The position numbers were made by a program, and so were the translations under genes. Source: Candidatus Firestoneibacteriota bacterium (GTDB lineage: Bacteria; Oederibacteriota; D2-FULL-39-29; JBBTED01). From it: a DNA stretch of 57,964 nt. Numbering within the stretch: position 1 is the first letter of the stretch; the number at the start of each line of letters is the position of its first letter. Location: contig JBBTED010000081.1 of assembly GCA_038042445.1 (NCBI GenBank), positions 1 through 57,964 on the forward strand, written 5' to 3'. The notes under the pieces are model-generated. The model did not search any database and was not told the origin of the DNA. It worked only from the letters and a program-made list of their open reading frames with translations. Below, piece after piece: positions 1 to 10,089 of this stretch.

Positions 1-1763
1 CCTATTCTACGAGGCTGATAAAACCAAAAATCTGCATCACAAAAAATATCTTCACCTTTTAAGGTAAACAATAATTTAGTCTGTACACCCCAAGCAGTCT
101 CATGAAATATCTGTAGCTGTGGTCCAAATAACGTTTCTCTTACCTGAATATGCCCTTGAGAAAAATCAGGTGTAATACACTCAGCAGGAGAAACTCCTGT
201 AGGGTCTTTCAATTTAAACTCCGGGATACTTAATTTTGCTGATATTTTACCTTTTTGTAGTTTTATATATGAACCTTCAATACTAACTGAATAAAAATTA
301 TTAGTAATCTTTTTCCCTAAGTTCCAAAATAATTCAGATATAAATGAATCTTTTTTAAAACCTAATAATGTCCACCCATAATCAGGAAATGCAACTAAGG
401 CTTTGACAATATATCCCATATCCTGTGCATATATATTACACGGCAATTCTTCACCTAATGGGCTTAGTAATTTCCCAGGATAGAGCGTTCTAATCACAAT
501 CTCAGATTTTCTGGCACGAGTTGAATTAAAAGCAAGAAAAAATCTATCTGCCTCTTTCAAGGTATCCGGCACAACTATATCACTCGCTATGCTATCCAAC
601 GCTTTCATCATTATCTCATTACCTAATATCCGTGCCCGTTCAAGTTCACCAATACGATGTTGCAAACGTGGCTCCCATGATGCCCAACCAATAGCATCCG
701 AATTGGTACCAATAAGAATATGATGATAAGCACAAGAAAGCGCTGTACTTTTATTCTGCCGATATAGATACTTTTTCTCATCTTCTGCAAATTCCCGTGT
801 ATGTTCAAACATAGTATCCCATGGATTATCAACTGCTGGTGAAACAATTTGTTCTATAGGTAAATCTATTTCAACTTTTTTAGGATTTAATACTCCAGTA
901 ATAAGTTCAGCACGACGTAATGATACCATAGCCGAAAGTATGTGCTGTCGCATTTTAATATCTAATGGCTTAAGTAACCATCGCGAAAAACTTTCCCTCT
1001 CTAAAGGTTGCTCAAACCCACTTCCTATAGGCATATAATCAATCACTTTCTCTGGAATTCCCCTTTCAGCTAACCACCTGGGGAAAGTACTGAAGCATAA
1101 CTCTACATTCTGTGTATCATTAATCTCCTGAACCTTTTTTTCCAAAACACCTAAATCTGTAGGAGTTTCAAAATCACTACCAATAAGTAAAAATGATCCA
1201 TCAGAAGCTTGTTCACAAAGTTGGCTTAAGTTTGAAACTTCTGCATTGTTTGCAATTGCATTTAGAGTAGTTCCATCTAAACCTCGCACTCTCACAGGCC
1301 AATGGCTACCATAATGGCTCATAAGTATAACCCATTCAACACCTAATTGGCGCAAAATCCATGGCAACTGGCAATGATATGAGAACTCCTGAGGAAAAAA
1401 TCCCTTTACCTGTGGTGATAAAGTTTCACGTAAGATTTCCAGACCTACTCTAATACTTTCAAAAGTCGTACGTTCATCAGTATTTATATTTACACTGCAT
1501 GCATACTGACAACCTGCTAATGCAATCTGACCACATTCGTTAAGGGTACGAAAATCATCCAGTATATCATTTGCATTACGTTGTAGCATTCTAATCGTCA
1601 CACCACTTAAATCTATATGAGCAGTAATATTAGGATGTTTCTTTAATTCTTCAATAACTTTACGATATCCTACAGGAAAATAACGTTGTATTACCTGTTT
1701 TGTATAGCGGTCATACGACATATTTGCATGTAATATTATAGATAGATAGATTTTCTTTTTCAT
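1..1763 (-). CDS. GH57-like glycoside hydrolase, 3' end outside window (not in ORF track)
   Basis: ATG at 1763; hand translation of several segments in one frame gives MKKKIYLSIILHANMSYD...KGFFPQEFSY...FLLIGSDFET...LIGTNSDAIGW, matching GH57 conserved regions (HxN, GFxxxE nucleophile, DxE acid, NSDxxGW). Not every codon was checked for stops. Confidence 0.75.
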   Translation of the reverse strand, partial: MKKKIYLSIILHANMSYDRYTKQVIQRYFPVGYRKVIEELKKHPNITAHIDLSGVTIRMLQRNANDILDDFRTLNECGQIALAGCQYACSVNINTDERTTFESIRVGLEILRETLSPQVKGFFPQEFSYHCQLPWILRQLGVEWVILMSHYGSHWPVRVRGLDGTTLNAIANNAEVSNLSQLCEQASDGSFLLIGSDFETPTDLGVLEKKVQEINDTQNVELCFSTFPRWLAERGIPEKVIDYMPIGSGFEQPLERESFSRWLLKPLDIKMRQHILSAMVSLRRAELITGVLNPKKVEIDLPIEQIVSPAVDNPWDTMFEHTREFAEDEKKYLYRQNKSTALSCAYHHILIGTNSDAIGWASWEPRLQHRIGELERARILGNEIMMKALDSIASDIVVPDTLKEADRFFLAFNSTRARKSEIVIRTLYPGKLLSPLGEELPCNIYAQDMGYIVKALVAFPDYGWTLLGFKKDSFISELFWNLGKKITNNFYSVSIEGSYIKLQKGKISAKLSIPEFKLKDPTGVSPAECITPDFSQGHIQVRETLFGPQLQIFHETAWGVQTKLLFTLKGEDIFCDADFWFYQPRRI

Positions 1764-1775
1764 AGTTATAACCTA

Positions 1776-4700
1776 CTACTTTTGTCCTATAAACTCAATA
1801 GCACCAATATCTCGTGATTTACCATAAACAGAATTCCCATAAAAATCCTTCAAAAATGGACCATCAAATTCCCATTTGTATAATTCTTTTATTGTCGTTT
1901 CTGCATCTTTTAATGTCCCGCGAGAAATACGCAAATAATCCAGTATACCATCAAGAAAATTACTGTTATCTTGAAACTTACCTACTATAAAATCTCCATC
2001 GTTTAATAGACTTTCTTTGCTATCCATTTCGCCTAACCAATCTTTATTTGAGAGATTACCATCTATAAAAAGATTTATAGATTTTTTTTCTCGGTCAACC
2101 TCTACCAATATGTGATGCCACTTTCCATCATTTACAGAGTTCAGGCTTTTGCGAAAGCAAGATATATTCCCAAAGTTTAGCTTCATATTTATTTTTCCAT
2201 CTGCTTCTACTGTCAATGAATAACCTATTTTATTACTACCACTCGACATCTTTGATACAATTACACCTTCCTTTACATTAGCAACAACTTCAATCAAAAA
2301 ACTGTTTGTATCCATATCAAGTCCTTTGCCATCTTTTATATAACAATACTGTGTTTTACCATCAAACTTGAGCGCACCATCTACCCAATCTTCAAGTATA
2401 CCTTTCTCGTAATTTTGTTCATTAATACCGATTCCAAGAAGATCATTTCTTATTCCCTTCCAGTTATCTGTCCAATAATGAAAACTTTCATCAATAATCT
2501 TTTCTGGATTACTATATATTTTATAAAATCCCCATTCACCTGTCACTTTATAAAGCGCCCAAGGCACAAAGATTTTCCTCGCGCTATCTATAGCTATAGA
2601 ATTCTCACTTAGTTCAAATTTGTGACTTTCTTTATCTACTACTTGTTTTGTTAATATCGATTCCCCTGTATCGTTTATCATAGCTTTTTTCTCTTTTAAC
2701 ATATCTTGCCATTGTTTAAGCGTATTGCAAGTAATACCACCTCCCCCTCCACCCAATATTCCAAATGATGCACTGAGTGAACCTTCAAAAAGATTATATC
2801 CGTATGCAAGCGTTTCATGCTCAATGCTTGAATTACGTGGTTCATGGAGAAAAAGCATGCTACCTGAATCAATAACCAGATTATTTAAATAATAACATCT
2901 ATTATGTTCTGTTTGCGATTTATGAAATCCTAATACTACATTGTAAATAGTATTATTAAATACATAATTTAAAAAACCATTTGCTTCCTGTATACCTGCT
3001 GCATTATAAATAGGATCATTTACTTTGTTATTCTTGCCCCAGAATATATTATTAAAGACATATCCCTTATATTGGTGATCCATATAAATACAAGGGGCCC
3101 AGCATCTTCTCCGAAACCAATCCATTATTTGAGTTCGTTTATGTTGAGCATATTTAACACCTACAGCATTTCCTGATATATTATTATAAATATAAGTAGG
3201 TCCATAGAACCATGCCTCAATTCCTCCGATATCATCCATATTTATAACACTATTTTTAACTATATTTCTATAAACAAGCGTCCTGTAGAATGGAGAAAAA
3301 CTTATATGGCGAGAAGGAGTATTTTCTCCAACGTCATAAAAATATTTTGATCGCACTTCTATTCCTGCAAGTGCTACATAATCTACAACATTATTTGATA
3401 TCTCTACTATCTCTCCCCCTATTACAGCAATTGCACCTACCATTGCTCCTGGAGTTCTTTGACGAAATTGACAATTATTTATCTTATTACCGGTAATCAA
3501 TATATGTTTTACTCGGCAATTTTTTAACTGATGTACATATAATTCCTTTTCCGGGATAGTTAGATAATATATATTAAACCCTGCTGTAGCATGAATAGCG
3601 CCATCATCTATGTTTCGAATAATATTATTCCGTATTTCAAAACCATCTAAAACCTGTCCATCTTTGTATGGAAAAATCATAATGCCCATACCTGCGTATT
3701 CAATCGTACAATTAGCAATAATAATATTCTTGCTTTCTCCCATTATTCTGAATACCGGAGCAAGGCATCGAGCATTTAAAGAAGCATGTTGTTTGGAAAG
3801 TTGTTCATCAGCATAATCAATAGTATTAAAAAATCGTATTTTTAACCCATCAACCATAATATGTTCCTTTCCATCAATATCAAGGAAAATGTAATACTTT
3901 GCCGCTTCAATAATTGAATCATTCGGATTGCGATCATCTTTAAGGCGGACATAAAGACGGTGTTTATTTTTATCATAATACCATTCATTCGGACTATCTA
4001 AAAGTATAGGAATATTTTCAATAAAATAACGGCAGTATTTACGAAATGATCTATCGGAAAATAATAGTTCATGTTTTTCAGGATTATAGCCTTTAACTAT
4101 CTCACATACAACGTTTGGGAAAGACTCACGTTCACCCCAAACAGTAGCCCCTAACCAATAACATGGATCATTTTGTGTTAAATGTACATCATCTTGCATA
4201 CGGTTATAAAACATTTCTCCTTTTCCTAAAAATTCTTTCCAATCTTTTGATTTATCCAAATAAGATAACCCTTCATTATCTTTTCTTGCGAACGCTTTGA
4301 TTAGTGTACTAACCTTACCATTAGTTATCACAGCCCCAGGAATAATTTCTAACTTTCTCCATACTTTTCCCTCAGGTATTACATTTTCTGGAGTTTTTGT
4401 CTCTTCTACAGCTAACCTTAACCAATTTGGACCTACCTCAAGGATTTGAACTCCCCCGCCGGCAAACCCTAAAATTGGCTCTGCCTCTGTCTCCCTTTTT
4501 TCACCTGTAGCATTTATAGAATCTCCTTCCTTAAAACCAGATATATCTTCTACACCTACTATACATTCCATGATACCTCTTGTCCATTCCCACCATCCCT
4601 CTTGAGGATCATCAGGATTTGTAATCTCCCAGTCAGGCTCCCTTGCAATGTCTATTTTGATAATACGTCCATCTCTAATTTCATATAACATCTTTGGAAG

Positions 4701-5156
4701 ATAATCCCCTTTTAATTCTTTATACCATGTCTTTGATCTGCCATTCGCTGGGATTTCAGAAGTTTCTTTATCTGTACATCTTTTCCAGTCTCCAGTAAAT
4801 CTTTCAGAACCATAAATTTCTGCTTCACCAGTTCCCCATAAAGGATCTACTGTTAATTGAATAGGATTAGCTTCATCTCCGGATTCCATAGCCTTTAAAC
4901 TTCCTCTGTAGATAACACCTTGCTTTAAATAGTAGGTATGTTTGCCTGCTATGGATGCTGCCGTACCTGTAGCTTCCATATCCCATGGATGATGTTTCCA
5001 CGGTTTTTCTTTTGTCCCAAAATTAGCATCATTTCCATTCTCAAAATCTATATAAAATTTACCAGGAGGTGCTATTTCCCTCGCACTCTCTGCCAAACTA
5101 TTAACATTTAAACCGAATAAACATAAAATTAAAAACCAATATCTTACCTTCATCAT
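1776..5156 (-). CDS. Secreted right-handed beta-helix (pectin-lyase fold) protein with C-terminal LamG/ConA-like domain
   Basis: Signal peptide; N-terminal YIDFENGNDANFGTKEKPWK motif; repeated I.NN.I / VFNN strands; LamG-like DGKWHHILV...LFIDG; C-terminal DIGAIE. Confidence 0.75.
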   Translation of the reverse strand: MMKVRYWFLILCLFGLNVNSLAESAREIAPPGKFYIDFENGNDANFGTKEKPWKHHPWDMEATGTAASIAGKHTYYLKQGVIYRGSLKAMESGDEANPIQLTVDPLWGTGEAEIYGSERFTGDWKRCTDKETSEIPANGRSKTWYKELKGDYLPKMLYEIRDGRIIKIDIAREPDWEITNPDDPQEGWWEWTRGIMECIVGVEDISGFKEGDSINATGEKRETEAEPILGFAGGGVQILEVGPNWLRLAVEETKTPENVIPEGKVWRKLEIIPGAVITNGKVSTLIKAFARKDNEGLSYLDKSKDWKEFLGKGEMFYNRMQDDVHLTQNDPCYWLGATVWGERESFPNVVCEIVKGYNPEKHELLFSDRSFRKYCRYFIENIPILLDSPNEWYYDKNKHRLYVRLKDDRNPNDSIIEAAKYYIFLDIDGKEHIMVDGLKIRFFNTIDYADEQLSKQHASLNARCLAPVFRIMGESKNIIIANCTIEYAGMGIMIFPYKDGQVLDGFEIRNNIIRNIDDGAIHATAGFNIYYLTIPEKELYVHQLKNCRVKHILITGNKINNCQFRQRTPGAMVGAIAVIGGEIVEISNNVVDYVALAGIEVRSKYFYDVGENTPSRHISFSPFYRTLVYRNIVKNSVINMDDIGGIEAWFYGPTYIYNNISGNAVGVKYAQHKRTQIMDWFRRRCWAPCIYMDHQYKGYVFNNIFWGKNNKVNDPIYNAAGIQEANGFLNYVFNNTIYNVVLGFHKSQTEHNRCYYLNNLVIDSGSMLFLHEPRNSSIEHETLAYGYNLFEGSLSASFGILGGGGGGITCNTLKQWQDMLKEKKAMINDTGESILTKQVVDKESHKFELSENSIAIDSARKIFVPWALYKVTGEWGFYKIYSNPEKIIDESFHYWTDNWKGIRNDLLGIGINEQNYEKGILEDWVDGALKFDGKTQYCYIKDGKGLDMDTNSFLIEVVANVKEGVIVSKMSSGSNKIGYSLTVEADGKINMKLNFGNISCFRKSLNSVNDGKWHHILVEVDREKKSINLFIDGNLSNKDWLGEMDSKESLLNDGDFIVGKFQDNSNFLDGILDYLRISRGTLKDAETTIKELYKWEFDGPFLKDFYGNSVYGKSRDIGAIEFIGQK

Positions 5157-5740
5157 TTTGTATCCACCTCGCTTTTATCTAAAACAATCTTAATATCCCT
5201 TATCTGAACATCTACTGGTTGATTTTGATATTGAAATTGGATAAAATCTATTTCTTCATGTTCCGCAAAATCAGAAATAGGTATATTTACTTTTTGCCAG
5301 GTAAAGGGATCATCATCTATAACTTTCGCGTCAATATACGATTCTAAAGGACAAGATTTATTAAGAAACTTTCTTATACCGTCAACTATCTGAGAAGGAC
5401 CCAAATATATAATAAGATAATGTCCACCCTGATGCTGGCCATAGATATTATTACCACCATTTATTAAAAAAGATAAATATGCATTTTTATCCTTAATTAT
5501 TATGGTAAATTTTTTGTCCCAAACTTTTAGTCCAAAACCAGGCCATTGTTTTGTACTTTCATTAACCGCTGTCCTTAAAATACCATTATCTATCTTTACC
5601 TCCAGCCCCCCCCAAACACTTGCTATGGTCCAGCCTTCCCGAAGCTCACTGGTTAAAATACCAATCTCTCTGTTTTCTGCAAAACAATTAACAATCAACC
5701 CCAACAAACATAAAATTAAAAACCGATATTCTATTTTTAT
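5153..5740 (-). CDS. Secreted CBM-like single-domain protein, probable ATA start at 5740 (ORF track starts at 5707)
   Basis: GGAGG 5 nt upstream of an in-frame ATA; signal peptide similar to that of the downstream gene; motifs LSFLINGG, QGG and IDDDPFTWQKVNIP shared with 15699..16379 and the N-terminus of 16470..20264. Confidence 0.65.
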   Translation of the reverse strand: MKIEYRFLILCLLGLIVNCFAENREIGILTSELREGWTIASVWGGLEVKIDNGILRTAVNESTKQWPGFGLKVWDKKFTIIIKDKNAYLSFLINGGNNIYGQHQGGHYLIIYLGPSQIVDGIRKFLNKSCPLESYIDAKVIDDDPFTWQKVNIPISDFAEHEEIDFIQFQYQNQPVDVQIRDIKIVLDKSEVDTK

Positions 5741-5814
5741 CTTTTCCTCCTATGCAATGTCTTTAAAGTTATTTGCATAATAATGTATTGATTTAACGCT
5801 TAACCACTATGCAG

Positions 5815-5843
5815 AGTATACTACAATTCCCAAATTTTGTCAA
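5815..5843 (-). promoter_or_regulatory. Sigma70-type promoter for the 5740-1 gene run
   Basis: TTGACA (5838-5843), 17 nt, TATACT (5815-5820) on minus strand. Confidence 0.65.
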
Positions 5844-5954
5844 GGCGAATTTGCAAATCTGTGAAATTCCCCATAATCGTATAACCTTAAATGTTAAAAA
5901 TTTGACCTTTCAAATCATTGACATTTTCGGTGTTTTATACATAATATTTATAAT

Positions 5955-7028
5955 ATGCAATTAACTTCAAAAGAACGGGCACTTATTTCTATTAATGGTA
6001 AAGAACCAGATAGAATACCTATTGATTACTGGGGAACAAAAGAAATAACAGAAAAACTGATAAACTATTTCAAGTTTTCTAATTATGACCAGCTTTTAGA
6101 AAAATTCAATGTTGACTTTAGATATATTTTCCCTGAGTATAACGGCCCTGAACTTGAAGTATATCCTGATGGAAGTTATAAAGACCTGTGGGGAATAATA
6201 AGAAAAAATCAGATTGTAAAAAATGGGTCTTATGAGGAAGTAATAAAAAGTCCTTTGGCTGATTTTACTTCTATAGATGATATTGAAAATTATAACTGGC
6301 CAAATCCAAACTGTTATAACTACGAAAATATTAACGCACAATTATCTAAATATAAAAACTATGCCACAATAGCTGTTGGAGACAGAACCAATAGAACATC
6401 AATTCTGCACGCTGGAATTTATTTAAGAGGAATGGAACAAATACTTCTTGATTTATATGAAAATGAAGAATTAGCTCAAAAACTATTTGAAAAAGTAACC
6501 AATTTTTATCTTGAAGTTAATAAACGAATATTTGAAGCAGGAAAAGGCAAAATTGACATTTTTATGATGGGTGATGATTTTGGAACACAAAATAGTTTAT
6601 TGATATCTCCAAAATTGTGGCATAAATTAATAAAACCTCACCTGATAAAACATATTAAACTTGCAAAAAATTATGGTTTGAAAGTTATGCTTCACTCCTG
6701 CGGTGCAATATTTGAGTTAATACCGGATTTAATAGAAATAGGAATAGATATTTTAAATCCTATTCAGGTGCGAGCTGATAAAATGATTCCACAAAAACTA
6801 AAAGAATCTTTTGGAAATAAATTATGTTTTCATGGTTCAATTGACATACAAAAAACTTTACCACTTGGAACAAAAGAAGATGTTATTGAAGAAGTAAAAG
6901 ACAGAATTAAAACTTTAGCCCCAAATGGAAAATTTATAATATGCACAACACATAATATTCAAGCTGACACACCTATTGAAAATATACTCACACTTTATGA
7001 TTCAATAATTCAATACGGAAAATATTAA
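5955..7028 (+). CDS. Uroporphyrinogen decarboxylase / MtaA-CmuA superfamily protein
   Basis: TSKER...EPDRIP start, GDDFGTQ, HSCG, GSIDIQ, LPLGT, HNIQ motifs. Confidence 0.85.
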   Translation: MQLTSKERALISINGKEPDRIPIDYWGTKEITEKLINYFKFSNYDQLLEKFNVDFRYIFPEYNGPELEVYPDGSYKDLWGIIRKNQIVKNGSYEEVIKSPLADFTSIDDIENYNWPNPNCYNYENINAQLSKYKNYATIAVGDRTNRTSILHAGIYLRGMEQILLDLYENEELAQKLFEKVTNFYLEVNKRIFEAGKGKIDIFMMGDDFGTQNSLLISPKLWHKLIKPHLIKHIKLAKNYGLKVMLHSCGAIFELIPDLIEIGIDILNPIQVRADKMIPQKLKESFGNKLCFHGSIDIQKTLPLGTKEDVIEEVKDRIKTLAPNGKFIICTTHNIQADTPIENILTLYDSIIQYGKY

Positions 7029-7032
7029 AACG

Positions 7033-7061
7033 AGATTCTTCGGTTTCACCTCAGAATGACA
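7033..7061. repeat. REP-like half element, family E (AGATTCTTC...CAGAATGACA)
   Basis: Matches the right arms of 14003-14083 and 34557-34634. Confidence 0.75.
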
Positions 7062-7076
7062 TCTTTCAGTGAATAG

Positions 7077-7226
7077 TTATTTTTGCTGGCGCTTTTCTAT
7101 TTCTTGTTTTAGGCAATCTTGATAATTAGGACATTCATCACAACATACATCGGATTCGCCTCTTTCACCACGAACCCATTTTGTAATACAATTGTTAATT
7201 TGTAGACATCTATCGCAACATTTCAT
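7077..7226 (-). CDS. 49-aa Cys-rich small protein with two CCxxCx5C motifs (not in ORF track)
   Basis: MKCCDRCLQINNCITKWVRGERGESDVCCDECPNYQDCLKQEIEKRQQK*; ATG 2 nt after the flxA stop. Confidence 0.7.
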   Translation of the reverse strand: MKCCDRCLQINNCITKWVRGERGESDVCCDECPNYQDCLKQEIEKRQQK

Positions 7227-7228
7227 TT

Positions 7229-8062
7229 TTAATATTCATCCGGTAAAGCGAGCATTTGCTTGTATGTAAAAACAGGTCCGTCTTTGCATACGTAAATGCT
7301 GCCTATATTACATCTTCCACATTTTCCAAGACCGCATTTCATTTTTAATTCAAGAGTAGTAACAATATCATCATCTGAAAAACCTAAATCTTTTAATGCT
7401 ACAACAGTAAATTTAATCATTACTGGCGGGCCACAAGTAATTGCAATAGTATCTAATGGTGTTGGGTTTAATTCTTTTAGAACAGTTGGAATTAATCCCA
7501 CTTTTTGCTTCCACTCATTATCTCCTTTATCTACAGTTAGAAAAACATCCATCTCACCTTCTTTTTGCCAAACAGGTAGCGATTCTTTATAACATAAATC
7601 CTGTGGACTTCTTGCTCCATACAGCAAAAACCTGCTTTTAAAATCCTGTTTCATATCAATTGAATATTCAAGTAAAGATTTTAATGCAGCCAAACCTATT
7701 CCACCACCTATGAATAATAATTTCTTACCTTTTAGCTTGTCTACAGGAAAACAATTTCCATAAGGACCACGCAAACCAACTGTATCCCCTATTTCAATAT
7801 CGTGTATTGCCTCTGAAACTTTGCCGACTTTCTTTATACTGCACTCTATATAACCTTTTCTTGTTGGAGAATTTGCAAATGTAAATACTGCTTCGCCTAC
7901 TCCAAATACAGACAATATCAGAAATTGCCCTGCAGAAAAAGAAAATTTTTGCCCTGCTTCAGTATCCTGAAAAATAAATCTGAAAGTCTTAACATCAGGA
8001 GTTTCCTGTTTTATATAATCTACAGTCATTAAATGCGGTTTGTATATATCTTTTTCCTTCAT
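7229..8062 (-). CDS. flxA: FlxA-like FAD/NAD-binding oxidoreductase subunit (AsrB/PyrK family)
   Basis: GQF, RGPYG, GGGIG, CGPPVM, KMKCGLGKCGRC...VCKDGPVF; likely start MKEKD at 8062 overlapping the upstream stop. Confidence 0.85.
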   Translation of the reverse strand: MKEKDIYKPHLMTVDYIKQETPDVKTFRFIFQDTEAGQKFSFSAGQFLILSVFGVGEAVFTFANSPTRKGYIECSIKKVGKVSEAIHDIEIGDTVGLRGPYGNCFPVDKLKGKKLLFIGGGIGLAALKSLLEYSIDMKQDFKSRFLLYGARSPQDLCYKESLPVWQKEGEMDVFLTVDKGDNEWKQKVGLIPTVLKELNPTPLDTIAITCGPPVMIKFTVVALKDLGFSDDDIVTTLELKMKCGLGKCGRCNIGSIYVCKDGPVFTYKQMLALPDEY

Positions 8063-9075
8063 TGGGCCTCCGTTAATACTTTTCGTATGTCTATGCCTAC
8101 AGGACAACTTTTTATACACCTGCCACAACCTGTACAAAGGGGCTCCCCCATATTTTCTACAAAATATTTAAATTTGTGATTAAATCTCTGCCTGAATCTT
8201 CTTTTTGGATCAATTCTTGGATTTACTCCACCACCCATTTTTGTAAAATTAGCAAACATACAAGAATCCCATGTTTTAACACGTTCTCCTGAAGTTTTAG
8301 CTAAATTATCCGCTATATCAAAACAATAGCAAGTAGGACAAACATAAGTGCAAGCACCACAATTCACACACGGAAAACTTGCTTCATCCCAATATTTGCT
8401 TTCAAATGAAACATCTAATTTTGATTTAATCTCTTTTGTATTTATTTTTCTCTTAATTTTGTTTTCTGCTTCTTTTGCCAATTTTTCTATCTCTTTTTCA
8501 ACATCAGCAGATGCAGGTTTTAAAACAGATTTTATTTCGTTTAAAAACTCCTCGCCTTTTTTAGTTATTTGTTGAATATAATACCCATCTTGGACTTCAG
8601 TTAATAATAAATCTGAACCCTGTTTGGAAAATGGATGTCCCTTTTCAATTGAAGTGCAAAAACAACTATCTGGTGGATTAATACATGAGAAACTTATAAT
8701 TGTCGCTTTATCCCGTTTATTAAAATAAAATTCATCTTTGTAATTTGCCCAATTAAAAAGTTTATCTAATATTTCAAAAGCAACAGCATCACATGCTCTT
8801 GCTCCCCATATAAGTATTTTTTTGTTAGATTCCTCGAGTTCTTTTAAATCAACTTTGTTTTTTGCCAAATTAAATTTAAGCAACACTTCAGTTTGTGGGA
8901 ATACAACACCTTTAGGTGAATTAACAGTATAAACATCACTTAAAACTTTGTCAGTTTCAGTAATATGCTCAAACACAGGTAAACCATTATGCAATACAGG
9001 CGCAAATATTTCATAACCTGCAGAAATTTTGTCCAATAATGTTTTTACCTGATTTTTTTCAATTATATAGTTCAT
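8059..9075 (-). CDS. flxB: FlxB-like 4Fe-4S dicluster protein (AsrA family)
   Basis: RACD, CFCTS, CVNCGACTYVCPTCYCF, WDSC, CTGCGRCIKSCP. Confidence 0.85.
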   Translation of the reverse strand: MNYIIEKNQVKTLLDKISAGYEIFAPVLHNGLPVFEHITETDKVLSDVYTVNSPKGVVFPQTEVLLKFNLAKNKVDLKELEESNKKILIWGARACDAVAFEILDKLFNWANYKDEFYFNKRDKATIISFSCINPPDSCFCTSIEKGHPFSKQGSDLLLTEVQDGYYIQQITKKGEEFLNEIKSVLKPASADVEKEIEKLAKEAENKIKRKINTKEIKSKLDVSFESKYWDEASFPCVNCGACTYVCPTCYCFDIADNLAKTSGERVKTWDSCMFANFTKMGGGVNPRIDPKRRFRQRFNHKFKYFVENMGEPLCTGCGRCIKSCPVGIDIRKVLTEAQ

Positions 9076-9944
9076 AACATTTTGTCAAATTCTTCTCCTG
9101 GCTTAAATGTTTCAAGTGGAGGCAAAGTTGTTATATCTGCACCAGGGACATAATCAAATAATTCTTTTGCCATTTTTAGTGAATTTGCTGTAATTAAACT
9201 CAAAGGTATACCAACAGGACAGGCAAGTTCACAAGCACGGCAATCTGTGCATCTGCCAAATACATGTTGTGTTCTTATAAGATGAAACATTATATTTTCC
9301 ATAGGACTAACATTAGTATTTATCCATTTGGGCTGTGTGCACTCTGCAAAACATTCAGGGCAATAGCAAGCAGGACACACTTCCCTACAAGCGTAACACC
9401 TTATACATTTTTCAAACTGTTTTTTCCAGAATTCAAGACGCTTTCCGGGAGTCAATTTTTCCAATTCTTCAAGTTTTGCAAGTAATTCTTTGTCTGCAAG
9501 TTCTTCTTGTGTTATCTGCTTAATTTTCTCGTTACCTATTATATAATCCACATCTTCTTTGGGAATTTTAACCCCACAGTGTTTACATTTAGCTGCTAAT
9601 TTGTCTTCATTTTGCTTAACAGCTTGTCTGTCTTTTATACCATCACAGGTAAGTGCTATTATGATTAAATCCTCCCTGTTTACCTGATGTTCTTTTATGA
9701 TTTCCCGCAAAGAAAACAAATCACAACCTTTTACAAATATACCTATTTTTTTACCTCTTACTTTTAATACATACTTTGAAAGATTATGAAAACAATTACT
9801 ATTGAATATCAGTTTTTTTACAGAATCAGGAGAAAAAATTATACAAGGCATAGGATGAACATCATCAAATCCCTGTTCGTATCCTATTATACAATCCACT
9901 TTTTTCTCAGTTAATAAATTTTGTGCTGTTTCTTGTATAGTCAT
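9072..9944 (-). CDS. flxC: FlxC-like 4Fe-4S protein (FdhB/FrhB C-terminal like)
   Basis: KGCD, CIRCYACREVCPACYC, CTDCRACELACP; position in the hdr-flx operon. Confidence 0.8.
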   Translation of the reverse strand: MTIQETAQNLLTEKKVDCIIGYEQGFDDVHPMPCIIFSPDSVKKLIFNSNCFHNLSKYVLKVRGKKIGIFVKGCDLFSLREIIKEHQVNREDLIIIALTCDGIKDRQAVKQNEDKLAAKCKHCGVKIPKEDVDYIIGNEKIKQITQEELADKELLAKLEELEKLTPGKRLEFWKKQFEKCIRCYACREVCPACYCPECFAECTQPKWINTNVSPMENIMFHLIRTQHVFGRCTDCRACELACPVGIPLSLITANSLKMAKELFDYVPGADITTLPPLETFKPGEEFDKML

Positions 9945-9979
9945 AAATTATTAAAGTGGATCTTTTTTACCCAAAAACT

Positions 9980-10081
9980 TGTCATGCCGAACTTGTTTCG
10001 GCATCTCATTAGATCCTGAAACAAGTTCAGGATGACAAAAAATAAGTTCAGAGCTTGTCCTGAATTTATTTCAGGAATGAC
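9980..10081. repeat. REPIN-like element, family D, plus an extra hairpin, between flxD and flxC
   Basis: TGTCATGCCGAACTTGTTTCGGCATCT...AGATCCTGAAACAAGTTCAGGATGACA; related copies at 26855 and 28928. Confidence 0.8.
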
Positions 10082-10089
10082 CTTTCAGG

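Noticed and set aside
623..847. 74-aa ORF
   Set aside because: Alternative frame inside the longer GH57-like gene
8063..8137. N-terminal extension of flxA in the ORF track
   Set aside because: Overlaps the flxB 3' end; GGAGG precedes the ATG at 8062
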